From: Vicinamibacterales bacterium
Lineage (GTDB): Bacteria > Acidobacteriota > Vicinamibacteria > Vicinamibacterales > UBA8438
Length of the DNA: 32,000 nt
Assembly: GCA_965214845.1 (NCBI GenBank)
Contig: CBDCCO010000007.1
Location: forward strand, 5,748,549 to 5,780,548
Reading direction: 5' to 3'
The position numbers and the translations under genes were made by a program. How positions within the stretch are numbered: the first letter of the stretch is position 1; the number at the start of each line of letters is the position of its first letter. Below the pieces are notes generated by a model that saw only the letters and a program-made list of their open reading frames with translations, made no database searches and was not told where the DNA came from. Positions 24,209 through 31,665 of the stretch are shown here, piece by piece.

Positions 24209-26206
24209 GTGGCCGTGAGTCCAGACCTGATTCACGCCGGGAAAGGCGCTGCGTCAGCGGGAGCCCCCGACGCTGAATCAGAGACAACCGTTCCGCGGGT
24301 TTGGGTCGTGCGCGCCGACGGCGGCAAGTGCACAGACCATTTCCTCTCCGGCGGCTACGCCGCGGTCGGATGGTTCGATTTGTCGTCCGTCGATACCCGC
24401 GACCAACTTCGGAAGGTCTACGAACTAGAGTACCCAGAGGCCGCTGCCGGCCGGCTCGCCAACGAGATCGGCCAGCTCGCGGCATTTCGTCTAGAGATGA
24501 ACGAAGGCGACTACGTAGTCACGCCGGCCGCAGACCACGAATCGCTGCGATACGGCCGTATCGTCGGTCCCTGTGTCGCCTTCCGGGGTGACGACGGCTG
24601 CCGTTATCGGAATCGCCGAGCCGTCAACTGGGTCGAGACCCCACTCCGTCGGTCGAGCTTCGGCGAGTCGTTCCAGCGTACGCTCGGCTCGCCACGCACA
24701 GTATTCCGCATCGGTCAGCCCGAGGAGTTCATCGCCGCGATAGCACGTCCTCCAGATGTGTCGCGGGACGACACCATCAGTCCCCCCCCCACTGCACGGC
24801 GCGGGACCTCACCAGCCGAGGACGACGCCGTCCCGAGTATCCGACCCGAGGCGATGTCGGATGCTGCGCGACCGTTGCCGGGGACCATGACCGGCCGGGT
24901 CTGGGACATCGCCGAGGAGATTACGCGTGAGAAGGGTCGTTGTGCCGAGCGCAGTGAGGTCATCGAGCGTTTCACGGCCCAGGGTGGGAACAGGGGTACG
25001 GCTAGTACAACGTACTACAGGTGGAAGCAGCACTATGACGCTCGACCGCCGTCCGAGTGCGTTGAGGTCGAACCCAGCCATGCGGTTGAAGATCACCTGC
25101 CGGCCCGTGAAGAAGACGATGTCGAACCGGACAGCGGTGTCGAGGAAGAACGGGACGATCCGGACGCGGTCATCAGCGAGCCTTTTGACCCGTCGAAGAT
25201 CAAGGTTCGCACGATCCCAGTTCTCGTTGATCAACTTGTGGAGCGCATCAGATACGCCGAAATCGATCTGGCCCCTGATTTTCAGCGGATGCGGGGCATC
25301 TGGAAGCCGGTCAACAAGAGTCGGTTGATCGAGTCCCTCTTGCTACGGATCCCGATTCCTGTCTTCTACGTCGCAGCGGATGTAGATGACAACTGGGAGG
25401 TGGTCGACGGCGTCCAGCGATTGTCCACCTTGTACGACTACGTCACCGACCAGTTCGCGTTGAACGGACTGGAGTACCGGGTGGAGTTCAACGGCAGGCG
25501 TTTCGAGCAACTGCCGCGCGTGATGCAGCGCCGGATCCGCGAGACACAACTCGTCGTGAACGTCATCGAGCCGGGGACACCACCCGAGGTGATGTTCAAC
25601 ATCTTCAGCCGCATCAATACCGGCGGAATGAAGCTCAACGCACAGGAAATCCGCCATGCCTTGCATCCCGGGCCGGTGCGGGATTTCTTGAAGACATTGG
25701 CGGATTCCGACGCCTTCGCCGCCGCGACGAATCGATCGATCAAGTCGGATCGGATGATCGACCGCGAGTGCGTACTGCGGCTTCTCGCTTTCCACATCGA
25801 ACAGTGGGAGCAGTACAGAAGTCGCTCTCTTGACGGATATCTCGCTGGGATCATGAAGCGGATCAACGCCATGACTCCCGGCGAGCGAGACATGCTCCGC
25901 ACCGACTTTGAGAAGGCGATGCTGGCCGCGAAGCGCATATTCGGGGGCAAAGCGTTCCGAAACATCTCCAATGAACGTGCTCGGATCAACAAGTCGCTCT
26001 TCGAAGCGTGGGGTGTTCAGTTGGCGCGTTGTTCTCCGAACGATATCGAGCAGCTTGTCGGCTACCGCAAAGAGATCGTCACGAGGTTTCGGACGGTGCT
26101 GAAGGATCCGGAGTTCGACAAGGCGATCTCCCAAGCGACCGCCATGCCCCAGCGGATACGGAAGCGGTTTACCACGATCCGCGACTTGGTGCAGGAGTTC
26201 GTCTGA
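24209..26206 (+). CDS. DUF262 (ParB/GmrSD-N-like) domain protein with a roughly 320-aa N-terminal extension
   Basis: 665-aa ORF with a GTG start (24209 or 24215). The C-terminal half carries DUF262 motifs: 'DLAPDFQR...W....SRLIESLLLRIPIPVFYV', 'WEVVDGVQRLSTL' and 'FSRINTGGMKLNAQEIRHAL'. The N-terminal domain begins 'VWVVRADGG...GYAAVGW' and is followed by an HTH-like segment ending 'GTASTTYYRWKQHY'. Confidence 0.85.
   Translation: MAVSPDLIHAGKGAASAGAPDAESETTVPRVWVVRADGGKCTDHFLSGGYAAVGWFDLSSVDTRDQLRKVYELEYPEAAAGRLANEIGQLAAFRLEMNEGDYVVTPAADHESLRYGRIVGPCVAFRGDDGCRYRNRRAVNWVETPLRRSSFGESFQRTLGSPRTVFRIGQPEEFIAAIARPPDVSRDDTISPPPTARRGTSPAEDDAVPSIRPEAMSDAARPLPGTMTGRVWDIAEEITREKGRCAERSEVIERFTAQGGNRGTASTTYYRWKQHYDARPPSECVEVEPSHAVEDHLPAREEDDVEPDSGVEEERDDPDAVISEPFDPSKIKVRTIPVLVDQLVERIRYAEIDLAPDFQRMRGIWKPVNKSRLIESLLLRIPIPVFYVAADVDDNWEVVDGVQRLSTLYDYVTDQFALNGLEYRVEFNGRRFEQLPRVMQRRIRETQLVVNVIEPGTPPEVMFNIFSRINTGGMKLNAQEIRHALHPGPVRDFLKTLADSDAFAAATNRSIKSDRMIDRECVLRLLAFHIEQWEQYRSRSLDGYLAGIMKRINAMTPGERDMLRTDFEKAMLAAKRIFGGKAFRNISNERARINKSLFEAWGVQLARCSPNDIEQLVGYRKEIVTRFRTVLKDPEFDKAISQATAMPQRIRKRFTTIRDLVQEFV
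24782..24790 (+). repeat. C9 homopolymer inside the DUF262 CDS (encodes PPP)
   Basis: Nine consecutive C residues follow t24781, in frame as ccc ccc ccc, in the linker between the N-terminal domain and the HTH-like segment. Confidence 0.9.
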
Positions 26207-27606
26207 TGCTGCGGCGGATAGGGCTGACCAACTTCAAGTGCTTCGAGAATCTCGACTTGCCGTGCGCCCCGCTCAACCTGCTCTGCGGCCTGAACGGGAT
26301 GGGCAAGAGCAGCGTGATCCAGGCTTTGCTGGTGCTGCGGCAATCGTTTGAGACGGGGGATTTACAGGAGGGCCGACTCGTACTGGGTGGCACGCTGACG
26401 GATTTGGGGGCCGGTTCGGACGTACTGTTTGAGGATGCTGGCGACGAGGTCGTCGGATTCACCCTCCACGGCGACCACGCGCAGCCGCCTTGGACCCAGT
26501 ACTTTGGATACTCGCGCGGCAGTGATCAACTGGTGGCGATCAGGACACCGCCGACGGGTGCGGATCTGCACAACGCCGCAGATGTGAAGTCATGCCCCGT
26601 AACGGGGCAGCCGACCAGGGGTGGAAATGTCTTTTCGGGAGCGGGATCAGATGCCAAGGCCAAGTCGGTCATTAACGCATTGCTGCGGGATGATCCGCGG
26701 GCAGACGCGCGATTGGCTGATCTTGCCGACCCGCAACGGATCCAGACCGCTGCCGCCAAGGCGAAGGCCGCAGGGCTGTCGCACGTCGACCGAGTCAGTA
26801 GCTGGCTGCGTACGGAGTCCGAGGCTGCTAATGCCGGTGTTGGCGTAGCGCCAACTTGGCAGGCAAGCAGCCCGTTCGGTGGGCGTCTTGTCTACGTGCA
26901 GGCAGACCGGACTGGACCTCGCAAGTCCTACCCACTGTCAGAAGTGCTGGCACGCCGGGGCGATTTCGGCCGCCGCGGCGAGTACGCCTGGAACTACCTC
27001 AACGACCACCAGAACGACGCTCTGCCCGCAGTCGATCCGCGCTGCGGGGACGGCGCGACACGGCGACTGCGGGGTGCTGTCGATCACTGGTTGCAGGATG
27101 TCAGTCCCGGCGCACATCTGCAGCTTGAATCGATCCTTGCCGCCGACGCGGTCCTTGCGGGCTTCACATTCGATCGGCCGGGCGACGTCATGTCACGACG
27201 GCACCGCGCGACCAATGTCGGCTTCGGGCTGTCCTACGTGTTCCCGGTTGTGCTGGCCCTGCTGTCCGAGCCCGGTACACTTTGCCTCATCGAGAACCCG
27301 GAAGCGCACCTTCATCCGCGCGGGCAAACGAAGCTGGCGGAACTTACCGCGCGTGCTGCGGCGGCGGGCGTGCAGGTTTTCGTCGAGACTCACAGCGACC
27401 ACTTCCTGGACGGAGTGCGGCTTGCAATCCACGACGGCCTGATTCCGCCCGCTGACGCTGCGATTCACTACTTCGAGCGCGAAGGGGGACAGGCGATCGT
27501 GTCCTCACCGACCGTCGACGCCGACGGGCGCCTGTCCGGTTGGCCCGTTGGCTTCTTCGATCAGCACGAAGAGAATCTCGCGAGGTTGCTCGCGCCGCGG
27601 AACTGA
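26206..27606 (+). CDS. AAA_15/AAA_21-type ATPase with a DUF3696-like C-terminus
   Basis: ATG 26206 overlaps the upstream TGA (tgatg). It has Walker A 'GLNGMGKSS', 'LCLIENPEAHLHP' and 'VFVETHSDHFLDGVRLAI...IHYFERE'. A low-complexity insertion of roughly 120 aa lies between the N- and C-terminal ATPase halves. Confidence 0.85.
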   Translation: MLRRIGLTNFKCFENLDLPCAPLNLLCGLNGMGKSSVIQALLVLRQSFETGDLQEGRLVLGGTLTDLGAGSDVLFEDAGDEVVGFTLHGDHAQPPWTQYFGYSRGSDQLVAIRTPPTGADLHNAADVKSCPVTGQPTRGGNVFSGAGSDAKAKSVINALLRDDPRADARLADLADPQRIQTAAAKAKAAGLSHVDRVSSWLRTESEAANAGVGVAPTWQASSPFGGRLVYVQADRTGPRKSYPLSEVLARRGDFGRRGEYAWNYLNDHQNDALPAVDPRCGDGATRRLRGAVDHWLQDVSPGAHLQLESILAADAVLAGFTFDRPGDVMSRRHRATNVGFGLSYVFPVVLALLSEPGTLCLIENPEAHLHPRGQTKLAELTARAAAAGVQVFVETHSDHFLDGVRLAIHDGLIPPADAAIHYFEREGGQAIVSSPTVDADGRLSGWPVGFFDQHEENLARLLAPRN

Positions 27607-27607
27607 C

Positions 27608-28552
27608 GTGCGCGAGATGATCCTGAACCACGCGAGCTTGGCGCCGACCGCGTGGCGTGATGCGCTGAGCTTTCTGCCGGACTTGGCGGACGGCATGGCA
27701 GTGCTCGTCCGATCTGGGGCAGCTCAATCCACGTTGCGAATGTCCCGATCGTTGCACGAAACATACTGGCCGGCCGAACGGTCGCTGTTCGATGCCCTCC
27801 GGGAAGTGATGCGGCAAGGGGCGCGGGATCAGTCCCTGTTTCTCATGAAGCTGAGCGAGAAGGCACCGCTTCTGAGCGACCTCGCGCCGGAAGTCACCGG
27901 TCGGTTTCGGATGTGCGAGACGAAGATGTTGCCGCCGGGCGACGGAGCGCCGCTCGTGCTGTGTGCCGTCACAGACGCGATCTGTGTTGGCATGCCATCG
28001 GAGCCCGTCTGGGATCGCGATCGACTTCCAGTTGACTTCGTGGAGCTATTGCCCGACGGCAGGTTTGCGGATGCGCACGAAGAGATCGACAACCTGACGC
28101 GGTCGGTGCATGCTGGTCCAATCGTCGACCGCCACCGCACGCGGCTTCGACACGAATGTTCGAACGCAGGCGACCTGTGGCACCGACGAGAGCAGGTATT
28201 CCCACACTTGACATTCGGCCCGGACGTTGAAGATCATCTCACGGCGTTGAACGCCGGGTGGCTCTCGACACTCGTCAACAGACTGGCGGACCTCGACGCG
28301 GCGGCGAAGGAATGGCTTATCATCGGTGGGCCTGCCCCGCCTTGGAAGACGAGCGTGACACCGGAGAGCGAACGGGTGATGCAGAATCCAGCCCTGCGTG
28401 AGGCCCGCCGCTTCCGATCCGACCGCAGCGGTACCACAGTCCTGTTCGAATGGCATGCCCGGGTCGGCAGCGGAGCCCGGATACACCTGCGGTTTGATGC
28501 GCGGACACGGGAGATCGAGATCGGCTACATCGGCGTTCATCTCCCGACATGA
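27608..28552 (+). CDS. Hypothetical protein (orphan third gene of the operon)
   Basis: It starts at GTG 27608 (1 nt after the ATPase stop) or ATG 27617. It is about 312 aa with protein-like composition and no motif I recognise. The C-terminus reads 'LFEWHARVGSGARIHLRFDARTREIEIGYIGVHLPT'. Confidence 0.7.
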   Translation: MREMILNHASLAPTAWRDALSFLPDLADGMAVLVRSGAAQSTLRMSRSLHETYWPAERSLFDALREVMRQGARDQSLFLMKLSEKAPLLSDLAPEVTGRFRMCETKMLPPGDGAPLVLCAVTDAICVGMPSEPVWDRDRLPVDFVELLPDGRFADAHEEIDNLTRSVHAGPIVDRHRTRLRHECSNAGDLWHRREQVFPHLTFGPDVEDHLTALNAGWLSTLVNRLADLDAAAKEWLIIGGPAPPWKTSVTPESERVMQNPALREARRFRSDRSGTTVLFEWHARVGSGARIHLRFDARTREIEIGYIGVHLPT

Positions 28553-28822
28553 GCCGACTGCACACCGACTACGCGTCACAGGATGACTTGCGGTGCTGGC
28601 CGACGGTTCGTTCGACATGTGGTTCGGGTACCTGACTGAGGCGATAGGCGAGCACCGGAACCGTGGCGTTCGACCCGTGGGTGCCGGAGATCGTGGGCGG
28701 CGGGCGCTCACCACGGTTGGCTTCAGCGCCCCGAGCATCTACGCGCTGCAGCCTTGCGGTGACGACATGGTCCTGACCGTCGCGGCCAACGTGACCTCAA
28801 CGGTGCGCCCGCCCCCCCGCAC

Positions 28823-29254
28823 GTGATGGCCGCAACCATCGTTGCCGCCACCCTGCTCTCCCTGCTCGCCGTCGGCCTGCACTACGAGGCGCTGGTGCTC
28901 GCCTCGGCGGTCGTTCGCGGCCTGCCGGCCGGCTCGGCGCGCTTCGGCGTCGCGCTGGCGGTCGTCCTCGCGCTCGTGGCGCACATCGTCGAGGTCGTCG
29001 TCTTCGGCGTCGGGTGGTACGGGCTGATCCAGGCCGGGGCGGTCGCGCTGTCGGTCGAGTCGCCGACGATGCTCGACGCCGTCTACTTCTCCGGCGCGGT
29101 CTACACGTCGCTCGGCTTCGGCGACATCGTGCCGGTCGCCAACGGCGAGATCCTGGCGGTGTCCGAGGCGGTCACCGGGCTCGTGCTGATCGGCTGGACC
29201 GCATCCTTCACCTTCTTCCAGATGCGGGAGCGCTGGGAACCGCGCCGCGGGTGA
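28823..29254 (+). CDS. Two-TM ion-channel family protein (K+-channel pore-like)
   Basis: 143-aa hydrophobic ORF (GTG 28823 or ATG 28826). The selectivity-filter-like pore motif 'YFSGAVYTSLGFGDIVP' is flanked by transmembrane helices. Confidence 0.8.
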   Translation: MMAATIVAATLLSLLAVGLHYEALVLASAVVRGLPAGSARFGVALAVVLALVAHIVEVVVFGVGWYGLIQAGAVALSVESPTMLDAVYFSGAVYTSLGFGDIVPVANGEILAVSEAVTGLVLIGWTASFTFFQMRERWEPRRG

Positions 29255-29265
29255 GAGGCGGGCGC

Positions 29266-30786
29266 CTACTGGCCGGAGCTGCCCGCGAGCTCTCGCCGCC
29301 CGCGCTCGAACAGCCGGCGCACGCGGCCGCTGTCCCGGAACTCCGCGAGGATGGCGGCCCGGCGGCTGGCGGTGAGGCTGTCGAGAATGAAGCCCAGCGT
29401 CGCCGCCATCACCGTGCCCTCCTCGGTGGCGGTGTCGGCGAAACGCCGCCGGAACGACCGCAGCTTCGCCTCGAAACCCGCCTCGTGCCATTCCTGCACG
29501 CTGGCATCGAGCCCGACGAACTCGTCGAGGACGGCCGCGTACTCCGGGCTCGGCGGCCGGTGCCAGAACGACACGTCGGAACCGAGCTCCGCGATGTACT
29601 CCGGCAGATAGACGTTGGCCCGCGCCGGCACGCGCCTGACCAGCGCCGGGTTGTAGCGCTTGACCTCGTCGCGCGACAGCCCGCTCACCCTCGCCACGGT
29701 CGACAGCGACGTGTTGCGCGGCACGCGCATGGCGTAGATCCGCTCCTGCGGCATCTCGTCGATCAGCCGCTCGACGGTGTGGACGTTGCCGAAGATCATC
29801 TCCGCGTACAGCGCCGAGCGCGGGCCGTAGGTGCGGAAGAGGTCCCGGTAGCGGCGGATGGAGATCTCGCGCAGCGAGCGCGCGAAGTCGGAGCCCAGCA
29901 GGTACTGCTCGCGCGTGTCCCGCCCCCCGAGCCGCTCGCCGTTGATGACCGTGCGGCCCACGTTCACCCCGCCGGCGTGATGCTCCGACAGCGCGGGAAT
30001 GAAGCTGCCGTACATCGTGGCCAGGATGCTGAGGTGGGCGGCGCAGAACGGCGCCTGCGTGGTCTGGTTGTAGCCCTCGATGACGTGCGGCGAGAGGCGC
30101 TTGAGGAAGTTCCAGTTGCGCGGCAGCCACTGGCAGAGGCCGAGCGCGCGGGCCGACGAGCGTGCCCGGCCGTTCAGGCCCGACTCGACGACGGCCTGCG
30201 CCAGGCCGATCTCGGCCGGCACGCCGAACCGCTCGTAGATGAGGCCCCACTCGCGCAGGAAGTTGCCGTAGCGTCGGGCGTGCGGCGCCAGAAACCGGCC
30301 GCGCGCCGGGTTGTGCACGACCGGCCCGATCCGCGGCGCGAGCAGCTCCTCGAGCCGCTCCCGGCGATCGCTCAGTCGCCGCGGCAGCCGTCGCCCGGCC
30401 AGCGTGTCGGCCAGCTCGGCGTCGGTCCACTCGCCGTCGCGGGCCCAGTTGCCCCGCGTCGGGAACGTGGCGAGCAGCCGCCCGTCCGTGCCGCTGCCGA
30501 AGACGATGTGCCCGTCCGGAATGGAGAAGATGTGCTGCCAGAACGAGTAGTGCGGCCGCGCCTCGCCCAGCACCGCCGAGTCGGCATCGTAGCGCCCGCG
30601 TGCGAGGGCTGCGTAGGCGGGAACCGGCGGTGCGGGCGCGGCAGCCGGCTCGGCGGCCGCGGGAGCCAGTTGCCCGGCCGGCGGCGGCTCCTCGTCCGTC
30701 TGCGCGCGCAACGGGGCGCCTTCCCACCCCGCGCCCGCGACGAGCACGCCGAGCGCCGCCAGGAACGCCGCCGCCCGCCGGGACAT
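29266..30786 (-). CDS. Lytic transglycosylase (SLT domain) with a LysM domain
   Basis: I place the start at ATG 30786 (M36 of the track ORF), followed by a signal peptide. The SLT catalytic region reads 'AQAVVESGLNGRARSSARALGLCQW'. The LysM-like segment reads 'LSTVARVSGLSRDEVKRYNPAL...NVYLP'. Confidence 0.8.
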   Translation of the reverse strand: MSRRAAAFLAALGVLVAGAGWEGAPLRAQTDEEPPPAGQLAPAAAEPAAAPAPPVPAYAALARGRYDADSAVLGEARPHYSFWQHIFSIPDGHIVFGSGTDGRLLATFPTRGNWARDGEWTDAELADTLAGRRLPRRLSDRRERLEELLAPRIGPVVHNPARGRFLAPHARRYGNFLREWGLIYERFGVPAEIGLAQAVVESGLNGRARSSARALGLCQWLPRNWNFLKRLSPHVIEGYNQTTQAPFCAAHLSILATMYGSFIPALSEHHAGGVNVGRTVINGERLGGRDTREQYLLGSDFARSLREISIRRYRDLFRTYGPRSALYAEMIFGNVHTVERLIDEMPQERIYAMRVPRNTSLSTVARVSGLSRDEVKRYNPALVRRVPARANVYLPEYIAELGSDVSFWHRPPSPEYAAVLDEFVGLDASVQEWHEAGFEAKLRSFRRRFADTATEEGTVMAATLGFILDSLTASRRAAILAEFRDSGRVRRLFERGRRELAGSSGQ

Positions 30787-30897
30787 GACCCGACGACCGG
30801 TCACCCAATCCCCCGAGGGGCAGGCAGGCTCACCGCCATCAAGGTGATTATACGGATTTTTTCGGGATTGCACAGCTTCACGCGATTGCACGGATTT

Positions 30898-31647
30898 TCA
30901 CGCCGCACCGAAGCGCTTCGCGTCGGCCGACGCGTAGCTCGCCATCGCGCGGTCGAGCCCGACCGTGGCCTCCAGCGTCTCGACCGCCTCCGCGAGCCGC
31001 CGCCCCGGAATGACGCACGTCATCTCCTCGGAGCGCATCCCGGTGCGCGAGCGGCTGAGCGCGCAGCCCACGCTGGCCGCCACGAGGTTGCGCTCGCGCG
31101 CCATGGCCACGATGTGGCACTGCGGCTTGCCCTCGATCGGCATGTCCGGGAAGGCGTCCTTCAACGTCATCAGCCCGAGTCCGTTGATGCGCAGCAGCAC
31201 GACGTCGGGAGCCGTCCGGCGCGCGGCGAGCGGGCCGTAGACCACCGCGTCGGGCTTCTCCGCCACGTGCGGCAGGCTCATGACCGCCGCCTGATCGACC
31301 CAGCCGGCTTCGAGGACCGCCCCCACGTCGTCCTTCGTGGCCGCCTCCTCGAGCGTCAGGAACCCGTGGGTGTAGCTGCCCACGCTGCAGTTGGCGTGAT
31401 CCGCCGCCGCCGTGGCGAACGTGCGCTCCGCGCCGTGCACCCAGAAGACGCAGCCCGCGGGCACCTGGCCGGTGCGCCCGTGCTCGTTGGGCTCGGGATA
31501 ACGGGGTTCCACGCGGGAAGCGGGCAGCGCTTCGCCGGGGGCGTGGAAGGAAATCGCCACCGGCGCCGTGAACGGCTTCAGCGTCGCGACGAGACGATCG
31601 TTCAGCGCTTGCCAGTCCGCCGTCGGAATGTCGTCTGAGTCTGCCAT
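30898..31647 (-). CDS. DUF169 domain protein
   Basis: I place the start at ATG 31647 ('MADSDDIPTADW...'). The overall pattern ('PVAISF', 'GCVFW', 'NCSVGSYTHGF', 'KPQCHIVA', 'SVGCALSRSRTGM') is typical of the DUF169 family. Upstream track residues overlap the divergent gene. Confidence 0.7.
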   Translation of the reverse strand: MADSDDIPTADWQALNDRLVATLKPFTAPVAISFHAPGEALPASRVEPRYPEPNEHGRTGQVPAGCVFWVHGAERTFATAAADHANCSVGSYTHGFLTLEEAATKDDVGAVLEAGWVDQAAVMSLPHVAEKPDAVVYGPLAARRTAPDVVLLRINGLGLMTLKDAFPDMPIEGKPQCHIVAMARERNLVAASVGCALSRSRTGMRSEEMTCVIPGRRLAEAVETLEATVGLDRAMASYASADAKRFGAA

Positions 31648-31665
31648 GCGATGATTATAGGGACG

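Larger units (their letters stand above)
23976..28607. other. Putative acquired islet (lower GC) carrying the three-gene DUF262/ATPase/orphan operon
   Basis: There is a visible compositional shift: a hand count of line 25201-25260 gives 32/60 G+C, against 44/60 for line 20101-20160. The region is flanked by apparent remnants of a single degraded host gene. No mobility genes are present. Confidence 0.55.

Noticed and set aside
24124-28818. C-rich tracts 'cgcccccccc' (24124-24133) and 'cgccccccc' (28810-28818) as possible att-like direct repeats flanking the defence islet.
   Set aside because: Only about 9 nt are shared and they are of low complexity. The left tract lies about 150 bp inside the compositional boundary at 23976. 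The remnant-gene boundaries are better supported, so I kept this only as a note.
28593-28826. 77-aa ORF between the islet and the channel gene (and ORF 23870..24175 at the left edge) as possible small genes.
   Set aside because: Neither has a Shine-Dalgarno sequence, a motif or a plausible composition. The first part of 28593..28826 is better explained as a decayed C-terminal remnant of the CxxCH-paralog pseudogene.
28739-31638. ORFs 28739..30808- (689 aa) and 29014..31638+ (874 aa).
   Set aside because: These are low-complexity Arg/Ala/Gly translations that overlap the well-supported channel, SLT/LysM and DUF169 genes in other frames.
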